Of a DNA stretch of 64,000 bases, positions 42,033 through 51,162 are shown piece after piece (position 1 is the stretch's first letter; the number at the start of each line of letters is the position of its first letter). The stretch lies in contig CAVPLY010000011.1 of NCBI GenBank assembly GCA_963706045.1, forward strand, positions 87,536 to 151,535, written 5' to 3'. Made by a program: the position numbers and the translations under genes. The stretch is from an uncultured Actinomycetota bacterium (GTDB lineage Bacteria; Actinomycetota; Actinomycetes; JAHEKZ01). Below the pieces are notes generated by a model, which saw nothing but the letters and a program-made list of their open reading frames with translations, was not told where the DNA came from and made no database searches.

Positions 42033-42647
42033 CTACGGGTGATCTCGGTCTTCCTGCCCAGCACTATCTGCCACGGGAGCGGGGTCGGCGAGGAGGACTC
42101 GGTTTCTCGCTGCTCTCTTGTTCTCCTTCAGGTTCATGATGGGTGCGGATGCGCGTTCCCAGGTGTGCTCGGGTGATGGATCGTCAGGCGATGCCTGCGC
42201 GACGCCGACGACGGCGGTGAGCATGTCGAGGTCGTCGCCGCGGGCTAGGTGAGGGAGGGATGCGTCGGCGATCGCCGCGCGGAGACGTTCGGCGATCGCA
42301 GCGGCCTCGTCGAGGGTGGTGTCCGGCAGCAGGAGGACGAACTCTTCCCCGCCCTTGCGGTAGACCACGTCTTCGATGCGGCACTGTGAACGCATCACCT
42401 CACCCACCGCGATGAGGGCCTTGTCTCCTGCACTGTCGCCGTGGCGCTTGTTGTACTCGGAGAAGTAGTCGAGGTCGACGAACAGCACACTGAATGGAGA
42501 TCCACTTCGTTGGGCTCTTGCCGCCAGCCGTCGGGAGTCCTCGTCGAGGGAGAGACGGTTGGCCAGACCCGTGAGCGGGTCGGTGCGGGCGAGCTTGGCT
42601 TGGGCGTCTCGTTCCACCTCGAGGCTTTCGGCAGTGGCCAGCAGCAT
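42033..42647 (-). CDS. GGDEF-domain diguanylate cyclase (active-site GGEEF)
   Basis: DPLTGLANR...VLFVDLDYFSEYNKRHGDSAGDKAL...YRKGGEEFVLLLP. The first ATG in this frame that gives a clean domain is 42647. It may instead be the second domain of the upstream broken gene. Confidence 0.65.
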   Translation of the reverse strand: MLLATAESLEVERDAQAKLARTDPLTGLANRLSLDEDSRRLAARAQRSGSPFSVLFVDLDYFSEYNKRHGDSAGDKALIAVGEVMRSQCRIEDVVYRKGGEEFVLLLPDTTLDEAAAIAERLRAAIADASLPHLARGDDLDMLTAVVGVAQASPDDPSPEHTWERASAPIMNLKENKRAARNRVLLADPAPVADSAGQEDRDHP

Positions 42648-43539
42648 GCGCGCGGTCTTGTGCCCACTCCGGCATGTCCCGGCCAGCCACCACGTATGGC
42701 CGCTCGTGACGCTTGGCGTAGTACAAGCGCACCGTCGGCCACACGGACCGCCGCGACCGAGGTGTCGTGAGTCCAGGCTGGTGAGCCCGGCAGTGGCGCC
42801 GCACATCGACCTCAAGGCCGGGTTCGACCTCGATCGGTTCGCCCACGTCCCGCAGCGCCTGGCCCAGGAGGTCTTCGACCCGCGCAACGTCGGGACTTGC
42901 GAACACGACGGCGAACTCGTCGCCGCCCATCCGGAAGACTGTTCCGTGATCAACAACCGCACGTTGCAGCCGGTCAGCGACCGCCACAAGAACCTTGTCA
43001 CCGACCTAATGACCATGCTCGTCGTTGAGCTCCTTGAAACGATCCAGGTCAAGCAGAGCCAGGCATCCCACGCCGTTGAGGCCAGCGAGTGCCCACTCCA
43101 TGCGTCGCCGATTCCCGCACCCAGTCAGCGCATCTGTCTCGACAATCTCCGGCGGGGGAGCGTAGATCGTGACCAGTGTCCCCGTCGCCTGCGATGCCGG
43201 CAGCAGAGTTGCCTCGACGAACACCTCACCGACCCATCCGTCGGGGTGACGGTGCATGGTCCGCCAGCCAGTGCTGTAGCCGGGCTCGTTGCGGGCAGAC
43301 GCCTGCATGAACAAGTCAGCCGCCACCGGATCATCAAACAGCTCCGCGAAGGACGCCCCCCGGACCCTGATCCCGGAAAAGAGTCGACGAGCACCGCGAC
43401 TGGCCCAACGGACCTGCCCATCCGGTCCCACCAACACCACCGCGGTGCTGCTGTAGCGCAGCATCAATGCGAGCGTGCGCCATGGAACATCCATCGAAGA
43501 CCCCCGTCCTGACATGAGTCTCGACGTCACCAGTGACAC
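42648..43539 (-). pseudogene. PAS-GGDEF signalling protein, decayed (in-frame TAG plus several frame breaks)
   Basis: A PAS-like N-terminus is followed by DALTGCGNRR...LLDLDRFKELNDEHGH-TAG(43006-43008)-VGDKVLVAVADRL...RMGGDEFAVVF. The canonical tail (ATAGLTSL / VADGAL / YYAKRHERP) is spread over all three frames between 42723 and 42805. Confidence 0.7.
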
Positions 43540-43761
43540 CCTCTACCGCCAGCCGGGTAACCCAAGATCGGCAAAACTGACATCGCGGCCAGGAGTCGTC
43601 GCTGATGCGGGGCATGGCTTGAGTGCATCGGCGCGGCTCCCCTGGCCGAGCGCGGTCTCACGTAGGCTGTCGAGACACCGCACTCGACACCAAAGCTACG
43701 GGGGATTGTTCTGAGACCGGCCCGCCGACGGGGACTGGCTGCCGCCGCCGCGCTAGTCGCG

Positions 43762-44994
43762 ATGACTGCGATAGCCGCCCCTGCTCACTCCAGTGACATC
43801 GTCCACACCGCCGTAGTCAGCGCGAACCCGGCAGACTTCACACCGAAGGTGCTGGCCGACTCGGTGGTTGCCCAACCCACCGTGCTGGCGCTCGCTGAGC
43901 GCAAGAACGCGATCTTCGCCGGTGGCCGCTTCCGGTCGGTCACCAGCGCCGATGGAACAGAGAACTTCATGCGCGACAACCTCATGCGGTTCTCCTCCAC
44001 GACTGGCGCAGTCCTGCCCTTCGCTCCGGTCGTTGACGGCGCGGTCTGGGCGATCGAGCCACGCGGCAAGGCGCTATTCATCGGCGGCAGCTTCACCCAC
44101 GTCAACGGCGTCGCCCGGCCGGGGTTGGCGAAGATCAAGGCATCACTGGGCAGGTCATCAAGAAGTTCGCACCGAGATTCTCCCCGGGCACCATCACCGA
44201 GATCAGGAAGGCTCGCGGCCGCTTGATTGTCGGAGGCGCGTATCGCGGAAGGCTGAAGGCTTTCGATCCGAGGACCGGGCAGAAGACCGGCTACATCGCG
44301 CTCCGCGTTCAGGGCAGTGTGGCTGACAACGCCGGCCAGACCGACGTGTACCGGTTCGCTGTCAGTCCCAACAAGCGTCGCCTGGTGGCGATCGGCAACT
44401 TCACCTCGGTTGGCGGTGTTGAGCGTTGGCGAGCGTTCATGCTCAACCTGGGCAAGAACCGAGCCAAGCTCAACTCCTGGTCGTACGACCCCCTGAAACG
44501 GCTCTGCACCGCCCACTCGCTCCCGAACTACCTCAAGGATGTGGACTTCGCCCCAGATGGGTCGTACTTCGTGCTGGTCTCGACCGGGTACGTCCCGCAG
44601 TTCGGACGAGTCGGCACGGATGTCTGTGATGCTGCGGCGCGTTTCGAGGTGGACAGTACCGGCTCCGGCCAAGCCAACGTGGATCAACTACACCGGTGGC
44701 GACACTCTTCACTCGGTGGCTGTCAGCGGGGCCGCGGTCTACGTGCAGGGCCATCAGCGGTGGCTGGACAACCCCCAGGGTGCTGACTCTGCTGGTGCAG
44801 GTGCCGTCGATCGACCGGGGATCGGCGCGATCGATCCGGCGACAGGTTTGGCGCTCCCCTGGAATCCCGGCAAGACCAGAGCGGTGGGCGGGAAAGACAT
44901 GCTTCTCACGACGTCCGGTCTGTGGGTCGGCAGTGATGGCAAGTACTTCGGTGGCGAGTCCCGCCCACGCATCGCCTTCGCTCCACTGCCGTAG
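43762..44994 (+). pseudogene. Secreted beta-propeller-like repeat protein, two frame breaks
   Basis: ORFs 43762-44226, 44223-44786 and 44539-44994 concatenate (GGSFTHVNGVARPGLAKI / ITGQVIKKFAP...; ...FEVDSTGSG / AKPTWINYTGGDTLHSVAVSG). A signal-peptide-like RPARRRGLAAAAALVAMTAIAAPAHS is open from 43666 but lacks an ATG or GTG. Confidence 0.6.
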
Positions 44995-45014
44995 GCTAGC
45001 GCTGCTGGCCTTCG

Positions 45015-45443
45015 TCAGTCGTCGGGCTCGACGCGGCGTCCGCGCTTGGTCTCTGCTCGTCGCTTCTTCTGTGAGAGTCGACGCTCGACCGAACCGCGTG
45101 ACGGCTTCGTGGGACGCCGCGGCCGGGGCGGTGGTGAGGTGGCCTCGCGCAGGACTTCGGCGAGCCGGCGCTCGGCGGCACGACGATTCAGGTGCTGGCT
45201 GCGCTCTTCCTGGGCAGTGATCTGCAGGACGCCATCGACAAGCCGGTCACCCAGTCGTTCCAGCGCACGCCTTCGCCACACCGCCGGCAGCGTCGGCGAT
45301 CGTGCAACGTCGAAGAGCAGCTCGACGCGTGAGTCGGTGGTGTTGACCGACTGGCCGCCCGGGCCGCTCGAGCGTGAGAAGCGCCAGCGCAGCTCGGACG
45401 CGGGGATCGCCACTGAGCCGCGGATCGGTACGGCGTCAGCCAC
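45015..45443 (-). CDS. arfB: Alternative ribosome-rescue factor ArfB (peptidyl-tRNA hydrolase, GGQ)
   Basis: RFSRSSGPGGQSVNTTDSRVEL and a basic C-terminal tail. 142 aa. Confidence 0.85.
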   Translation of the reverse strand: MADAVPIRGSVAIPASELRWRFSRSSGPGGQSVNTTDSRVELLFDVARSPTLPAVWRRRALERLGDRLVDGVLQITAQEERSQHLNRRAAERRLAEVLREATSPPPRPRRPTKPSRGSVERRLSQKKRRAETKRGRRVEPDD

Positions 45444-45497
45444 GGTTCAGCGCCCGCGCAGCCAGATCGCGCAGCCAGTGGTTTGTACGCTCATGAG

Positions 45498-46130
45498 ATG
45501 CATACTGCCCTGATTGGTGCGACGGGCCGAACCGGTGTCCTTGTTCTCGACGAACTTCTGCTGCGTGGCCACTCGGTGCGTGCCCTCGTCCGCGCGGAGG
45601 GACGCGTGACACCGGGCGAGGGGGTCACGATCGTCGTCGGTGACAGTCGGGATCGGGACACGCTGTCGTCGCTGGTAGCCGGGGTCGACGTCGTGATCTC
45701 AGCACTGGGACCGCGTGGCCGTGAGGAGACGCTCCACCGCGACACGGCGACGGCACTGGTCGCCGCGATGACGGACGCCGGTGTGCAGCGCTTCGTCGGC
45801 ATCAGCGGTTCGGGGATCGAGGTGCCGGGCGACCAGAGGTCGCCAAGTGCGAAGGTGGCCTCGTCGATCGTGCGCCTTGTCGGGGGAGCACTTTCGCGCG
45901 ACAAACGTGTCGAGTACGACGTCTTCGCGGCGAGCGAGCTCGACTGGACGTTGGCGCGTCCGCCGCGGCTGGTCGACGGAGAGGAGACCGCACGGCTCGA
46001 GCATGATGCGCATCGGTCGACGAGATCCACCAAGCTCGTGCGCGCCGACCTGGCGACGTTTCTCGTCGAGTGCGCCGAGCAGGGCCTCTATGTCCGTCAG
46101 GCTCCGTTCGTGGCGACAGCCAAGCGGTGA
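45498..46130 (+). CDS. NAD(P)H-binding (atypical SDR / NmrA-like) protein
   Basis: MHTALIGATGRTGVLVLDELLLRGHSVRALVR Rossmann motif. Confidence 0.7.
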   Translation: MHTALIGATGRTGVLVLDELLLRGHSVRALVRAEGRVTPGEGVTIVVGDSRDRDTLSSLVAGVDVVISALGPRGREETLHRDTATALVAAMTDAGVQRFVGISGSGIEVPGDQRSPSAKVASSIVRLVGGALSRDKRVEYDVFAASELDWTLARPPRLVDGEETARLEHDAHRSTRSTKLVRADLATFLVECAEQGLYVRQAPFVATAKR

Positions 46131-46157
46131 CGCGGCCTTCTCGCCTCGCCTAGGCCG

Positions 46158-46379
46158 CTAGTCGCGGTCGCGCAGACCACTCACGACGTCAGAGGCCAGC
46201 TCGGCACGCACCATCGCCCGGGTGGCGGGGTCAAGGTCGTCGAGCTGTGAGCGGATCTCAGCGGCGGTCTTGCTCGCGATCTGCTTGCGGCGTTTCGCCT
46301 CCTTGGCGGCTACGAGCGCCGCTGTCACCAAGACGGCCACGACAACGACGGTGAACGCCTTGCGCCGGCGATGTGCCAT
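46158..46379 (-). CDS. Small single-TM membrane protein
   Basis: GAGGAG RBS. MAHRRRKAFTVVVVAVLVTAALVAAKEAKRRK... 73 aa. Confidence 0.5.
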   Translation of the reverse strand: MAHRRRKAFTVVVVAVLVTAALVAAKEAKRRKQIASKTAAEIRSQLDDLDPATRAMVRAELASDVVSGLRDRD

Positions 46380-46443
46380 CTGATCTCCTCGGAGCCTGCG
46401 ATGTCGATCTCTTCCTCGACCACCGTATGCCCCTGAGGCGGGA

Positions 46444-46767
46444 TCAGGCGCCAGGGGGACGGTAGTTCGCGGCGATCTTCGTGGCGGCATCGACTTCGCT
46501 CGGCGTGAGCAGGACGACGGTCTCATAGCTCGAGAGGGTCCCTGCGGAACCGACAGCGGCTGCGATCGCTGCGGCCGTCGTGTTGTCGGGGATGTCGGCG
46601 GTGACGTAGACGTCGTCGCTGCCAAAACTGAAGTACATCGTTTCCAGGGAGCCACCGAGGTTCTCGAGCATCGACGAGATCGCCTTGACGCGCTCGGTGC
46701 CGCCCTCCTTGACGATTCCCTGGATTCCCTGCTGGCTGTATGAACCCTTGATCATGTACTTGGCCAT
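46444..46767 (-). CDS. GYD-domain protein
   Basis: AAGGAG RBS. MAKYMIKGSYSQQGIQGIVKEGGTERVKAI...GGSLETMYFSFGSDDVYVTADIPDN is typical of the GYD family. Confidence 0.8.
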   Translation of the reverse strand: MAKYMIKGSYSQQGIQGIVKEGGTERVKAISSMLENLGGSLETMYFSFGSDDVYVTADIPDNTTAAAIAAAVGSAGTLSSYETVVLLTPSEVDAATKIAANYRPPGA

Positions 46768-46880
46768 GGTGGCTCCTTTGCTGAAGAGGTCCAGGCAACT
46801 GCGCCCGGGGCGCACGGTCAATGGCAGAGCATCGAGATGATCAACATTGATGAGGACACTTGACAGCGCATGCGATGCGA

Positions 46881-47354
46881 TCAGCGGGCAAGGAGCTCGT
46901 CGAGCCTTTCGTAGCCCTCACGGACCCCTGACTCCATGCCACTCGCCACGAAGGCGTCCCTGCCCTCGAAGGAGTCGACCAATGAGGTCGCCACGAGCCG
47001 CGTGTGTCCATCGCCGAGGTCTCCGAGGGTCAGGCGCTCAAGGGCAACGCTGTCGGGGAATCCCTCGAAGCAGAATGTCTGCACGATGAGCTCGCTGGGT
47101 CGCACTTCGTGAAAGCTTCCGTGGAACCCGAACTCGTCGTCACCGCGGCTGTGCACGTATCTGTACGAGCCACCGGTGCGGCAGTCGTAGTGGTCGACCG
47201 TCATGACAAGGTCACGTGGCCCTAGCCACTGAACCAGCAGCTCCGGGTCGGTGTGCGCCCGGAAGACCATCTCCGGGGGTGCGTCGAACACCCGCGTGAT
47301 GCGGACCAGCGGAACGGCGGGGTCGGCGACGATCTCAGTCTCATGTGTGCTCAT
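46881..47354 (-). CDS. SRPBCC-family protein (Aha1/activator of Hsp90 ATPase-like domain)
   Basis: LVRITRVFDAPPEMVFRAHTDPELLVQWLGP... It overlaps the stop of the upstream ArsR gene, a common ArsR-SRPBCC pairing. Confidence 0.75.
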   Translation of the reverse strand: MSTHETEIVADPAVPLVRITRVFDAPPEMVFRAHTDPELLVQWLGPRDLVMTVDHYDCRTGGSYRYVHSRGDDEFGFHGSFHEVRPSELIVQTFCFEGFPDSVALERLTLGDLGDGHTRLVATSLVDSFEGRDAFVASGMESGVREGYERLDELLAR

Positions 47355-47718
47355 CGGATGCTCCTTCGTCGGCTTCGGGTTGTTCCGGAAAGTTGGCGAG
47401 GAGGGCGTCGAGGCGTTCGAAGCGCTCCTGGGCTTGTTGGCGATAACGCTCGAGCCACTTGGTCATCAGGTCGAAGATCTCGGCCTCAAGATGCACCGGA
47501 CGCCGCTGGGCGTCGCGTGAGCGAGTGACGACACCGGCGTCCTCGAGCACCTTCAGGTGCTTGGAGACCGCCTGCAGGGACACCTCATAGGGGGCTGCCA
47601 GCTCGCTGACCGTGGCGTCCCCGAGGGTCAGCCGGGCCACGATGTCTCGGCGGGTGGGGTCGGACAGAGCCGCGAATGCCTTCGACAGGGGGTCGGCCAC
47701 ACCCAGCTCCTTGATCAA
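47341..47718 (-). CDS. ArsR/SmtB-family transcriptional regulator
   Basis: FAALSDPTRRDIVARL...TVSELAAPYEVSLQAVSKHLKVLEDAGVV. TTG start at 47718; a GTG six codons downstream is also possible. Confidence 0.85.
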   Translation of the reverse strand: MIKELGVADPLSKAFAALSDPTRRDIVARLTLGDATVSELAAPYEVSLQAVSKHLKVLEDAGVVTRSRDAQRRPVHLEAEIFDLMTKWLERYRQQAQERFERLDALLANFPEQPEADEGASDEHT

Positions 47719-47760
47719 CCAAATGATTAAGTAACAGGTTAGCCGGGTCCGAGCTCGTAG

Positions 47761-47776
47761 TCAATCAATTGATTGA
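47761..47776. promoter_or_regulatory. Perfect 16-bp AT-rich palindrome, candidate ArsR operator
   Basis: TCAATCAATTGATTGA lies 43 nt upstream of the arsR start, in an AT-rich island within very GC-rich DNA. Confidence 0.5.
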
Positions 47777-47818
47777 ATAGGCGGAGTCGGAGACGGCGCT
47801 CGCAGGTACCTCGCTCCG

Positions 47819-48463
47819 TCAGCGGGCCGCGGGTGGGGCCAACGAAGACCGGTCGTCCGACGAGCCAGCCATGAGCGCGCCGCCGAACATGACCTGCCAG
47901 AGCACCACCGGGTAGGCGATCCACCGCTCGGCGCCACCGTCTCCGATGCTCTCAAGCGGGGGTGCATCGAGGCCTCCGAAGAAGGCCGAGACCAGGGTGA
48001 TGAGGGTGACGGCACCTAGCACGTACGAGAACCAGGCCACTGGCCCGCTTCGTGCTCGTCCACCGGCAATGCCACAGAGTCCACCGGCAAGGAATGCGAG
48101 CAGTGCGAACCACGGATGGATCGCGCCGACGTTGCCGGGGAAGATGCCCACGCCCAAGATCCCGGCACCATTCAGCAGCACGGCGATCGACAGGAAGCGC
48201 CGCTCGTTTGCTCGCAGCAGCAGGACAGCAGCGACAATCACGGCGATGCCGGTCACAGTCATCGTCACGTTGAAGATGGAGGCCGACGGCTGAAGGATGA
48301 TGCTGTTGGGTGGACGCGTCGCCCCAAGGTCGCTGATCTCGTTGGTGTTGGTGGTGTACGTCGCGGGGTAGAGCGCTTCGGCGGTGATGATGCCCATTAG
48401 GATCAGCGAGCCTGCGGCGGAGAGCAGGACACCCGCGAGACGTTGCGGATCGAGTCGCGTCAT
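47819..48463 (-). CDS. DUF998-like integral membrane protein
   Basis: Start at ATG 48463 (MTRLDPQRLAGVLLSAAGSLILMG). About 6 TM helices. The listed ORF start (48601) would overlap the divergent agmatinase gene. Confidence 0.55.
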   Translation of the reverse strand: MTRLDPQRLAGVLLSAAGSLILMGIITAEALYPATYTTNTNEISDLGATRPPNSIILQPSASIFNVTMTVTGIAVIVAAVLLLRANERRFLSIAVLLNGAGILGVGIFPGNVGAIHPWFALLAFLAGGLCGIAGGRARSGPVAWFSYVLGAVTLITLVSAFFGGLDAPPLESIGDGGAERWIAYPVVLWQVMFGGALMAGSSDDRSSLAPPAAR

Positions 48464-48546
48464 GCCACTCCGATCGTTGAGGCACCTGATGGCACCAGCC
48501 TGCCAGTAGGTCGAGCGCGGTGAGAGGGTAACCGCGGAGGTCAACG

Positions 48547-49497
48547 ATGAGTCACGATGACACGGTCCCCGTCGGCCCGCCGGACGCGCGGCAGACGCCA
48601 CGTTTCGCCGGCCCCGACACGTTCGCCCGCCTGCCGCGGCTGTCTGACGTCTCGTCGGCGTCCGTGGCGCTCGTTGGCATCCCCTTCGATGCTGGCGTTT
48701 CGTACCGACCCGGCGCCCGTTTCGGTCCTGGTGGTATCCGCGCGGGCTCGAAGCTGCTGCGGCCGTACCATCCGTTCCTCGACGTCGAACCGTGGACTGT
48801 CCACCAGGTGGTGGACGCAGGCGACATCGACTGCAACCCGTTCGACATTTCAGCTGCCGTCAACGCTGTCGAGCGAGCGGCCTCCGAGCTGCTGGGTCAG
48901 GTCGACCGGATCATCACGCTCGGGGGCGACCACACGATGTCCTTGCCGCTGCTGCGCGCACATGCGGCCAAGCATGGACCGATCTCGCTCGTCCACTTCG
49001 ACGCGCATCTCGACACCTGGGACACCTACTTCGACATGCCGTACACGCACGGGACGCCGTTCCGCCGGGCGGTGGAGGAGGGACTGCTCGCGCTCGGCAC
49101 CTCCGCACACGTCGGAACACGTGGTCCGCTCTACTCGACCGGCGACCTCGAACAAGACCGTGACCTCGGGTTCGCCACCGTCACGACCATGGACGTCGCC
49201 GATCGCGGAGTGGGGCACGCCATTGACCGCGTGCTCGAACGGGTGGGGGATCGTCCCGTCTACGTCTCGGTCGACATCGACGTGCTCGACCCGGCACATG
49301 CCCCTGGAACGGGCACGCCGGAACCCGGCGGCCTGACAACACGTGAGCTGCAGCAGATCCTGAGGGGGCTTGCAGGCAACGCCACCATCGTGGGCGCCGA
49401 CGTCATGGAAGTGGCTCCCGCGTACGACCACGCCGAGCTCACCACGATCGCGGCCGCAAACGTCGCCTACGAGTTTTTGGGGCTCTTTGCCGGCTGA
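48547..49497 (+). CDS. speB: Agmatinase / ureohydrolase-family enzyme
   Basis: Arginase-family Mn ligand motifs GGDHTMS, VHFDAHLDT and SVDIDVLDPAHAPGTGTPEPGG. Confidence 0.8.
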   Translation: MSHDDTVPVGPPDARQTPRFAGPDTFARLPRLSDVSSASVALVGIPFDAGVSYRPGARFGPGGIRAGSKLLRPYHPFLDVEPWTVHQVVDAGDIDCNPFDISAAVNAVERAASELLGQVDRIITLGGDHTMSLPLLRAHAAKHGPISLVHFDAHLDTWDTYFDMPYTHGTPFRRAVEEGLLALGTSAHVGTRGPLYSTGDLEQDRDLGFATVTTMDVADRGVGHAIDRVLERVGDRPVYVSVDIDVLDPAHAPGTGTPEPGGLTTRELQQILRGLAGNATIVGADVMEVAPAYDHAELTTIAAANVAYEFLGLFAG

Positions 49498-49545
49498 GGT
49501 GACAAGACGTCGGCAGGCCCCCGGAGATCGTGGGAGAGTTTGCCT

Positions 49546-50385
49546 ATGACCTCCGCCGACAACACCCCCGAGTACGTCCGTGTCAACCGTGCCAACTGGG
49601 ACGAGCGGGCCGCAGCCCACGCGGCGTCCCCCGACTACGGCGTCCAGCGCTTCCTCGATGACCCGAGCTACCTGTCCGACGTCATCCGTTTCGACCTTCC
49701 CTTGCTTGGATCGGTCGAGGGGCAGCGTGGGGTCCACCTGCAGTGCCACATCGGCACCGACACCCTCTCGCTGGCTCGGTTAGGAGCACAGATGACCGGT
49801 GTCGACTTCTCTCCGCGCTCGCTGGAGGAGGCCAGACGGCTCGCGGACGCCGCTGGCACCTCGATCGACTTCCTCGAAGCCAATGTGTACGCCGCCCCGA
49901 GCCTGCTCGGCTATCACGGATACGACTTCGTGTTTACGGGGGTCGGCGCGCTGTGCTGGCTGCCGAACGTGGCCGAGTGGGCTCAGGTCGTGGCCGACCT
50001 GCTCAAGCCAGGGGGTCGGCTCTTCATCCGTGAGGGCCACCCGATGCTCTGGGCGATCGACGAGGCACGCACCGACTGGATCGTCGTCGACTACTCGTAC
50101 TTCGAGACCGAGCACCCACTGGTCGACGAGGACGATGGAACCTACGTCGAGACAGACATCGAGTTCCGTAACAACCTCACCCACTCGTGGAACCACGGTC
50201 TGGGCGAGATCATCACCGGGCTCGCCGACGTCGGCATGCAGGTCACCGGGCTGGTCGAGCACGACTCGGCACCTTGGGACGCCCTTCCCGGACAGATGAC
50301 ACGGGATGACGCTGGTGAATGGCGTCTGACCGACCGCCCTGAGCGATTGGCGTGCACGTACACGCTGCAGGCCGTCAAGGTCTGA
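49546..50385 (+). CDS. Class I SAM-dependent methyltransferase
   Basis: VHLQCHIGTDTLSLARLGAQMTGVDFSPRSL motif I region. 279 aa. Confidence 0.7.
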   Translation: MTSADNTPEYVRVNRANWDERAAAHAASPDYGVQRFLDDPSYLSDVIRFDLPLLGSVEGQRGVHLQCHIGTDTLSLARLGAQMTGVDFSPRSLEEARRLADAAGTSIDFLEANVYAAPSLLGYHGYDFVFTGVGALCWLPNVAEWAQVVADLLKPGGRLFIREGHPMLWAIDEARTDWIVVDYSYFETEHPLVDEDDGTYVETDIEFRNNLTHSWNHGLGEIITGLADVGMQVTGLVEHDSAPWDALPGQMTRDDAGEWRLTDRPERLACTYTLQAVKV

Positions 50386-50409
50386 CGGTCTGAGGTCGGC
50401 CCACGCACA

Positions 50410-51070
50410 TCAGTCGGCCAGGATACGGGCCAGCAAGAACCCGTCGTACCCCTTGCTGCCCACCGTCTGGATCGCCGTCGCCGACACCCGTGGCTCGTTC
50501 TCCACCGCTTCGTAGAGCGACCGGGTGCCCTTGGTGGCGGCGTCGTTACGCGTGCGAGTCGACGATGGCACCCTCGCGCACGGTGTTGTCGATGATGATC
50601 AGCGACCCGGGCCGGCTCAGCGTCACAGCCCACCGGAAGTAGTCAGCGTTGCTCTCCTTGTCGGCATCGACGAAGGTCAGGTCGAACGGCCCGGTGAGTG
50701 TGGGCAACGTGTCGAGCGCCGGGCCGATTCGGATGTCGACCAGGTTCCCGACGCCAGCGCCGTCCACGTTCTTGCGCGCGACGAGGGCATGCTCGCCGGA
50801 GTACTCACACGTGACCAGCTCGCCGTCGGTGGGTAGGGCACGGGCGAGCCAGATGGTGCTGTAGCCGCCGAGCGTGCCGATCTCCAGAACGCGCCGCGCG
50901 TTGATGGACGCGGCCAACAGCATCAGGAGCTTGCCTTGCGGTGGCGAGACGGCGATCTCCGGCAACCCCGCAGTCCGGCTGCTCGACAGCGTGGTCTCGA
51001 GCGAGGCGTCTGCGACGCCGAGATGGTCGCCGATGAAGGCGTCGACGTCGGACCAGATCTGCTCGTTCAC
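50410..51070 (-). pseudogene. Class I O-methyltransferase (caffeoyl-CoA OMT-like), frame break near 50549-50560
   Basis: AAGGAGG RBS with GTG 51070. LEIGTLGGYSTIWLA...FVDADKESN...IIIDNTVREGAIVDS, then a stop. The conserved tail NDAATKGTRSLYEAVENEPRVSATAIQTVGSKGYDGFLLARILAD continues in another frame to 50410. Confidence 0.75.
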
Positions 51071-51162
51071 GCGGCCTCCTTGGCGGGGCGTCACAGCCAC
51101 GCTAACCAGATAGCAGCGCGAAGGCCATTGATCGCGTGGCCCGGGTGGGGTAGGCAGGCCCG

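Noticed and set aside
43006-43008. The in-frame TAG as a recoded codon (pyrrolysine or suppression).
   Set aside because: There is no Pyl machinery or other in-frame TAGs in the window. The same gene carries multiple frame breaks, so simple inactivation is more likely.
46822-46880. AT-richer stretch with ATCAA-tg-TTGAT upstream of the GYD gene, considered as an operator.
   Set aside because: The arms are only 5 bp and no associated regulator is evident, so it is indistinguishable from chance.
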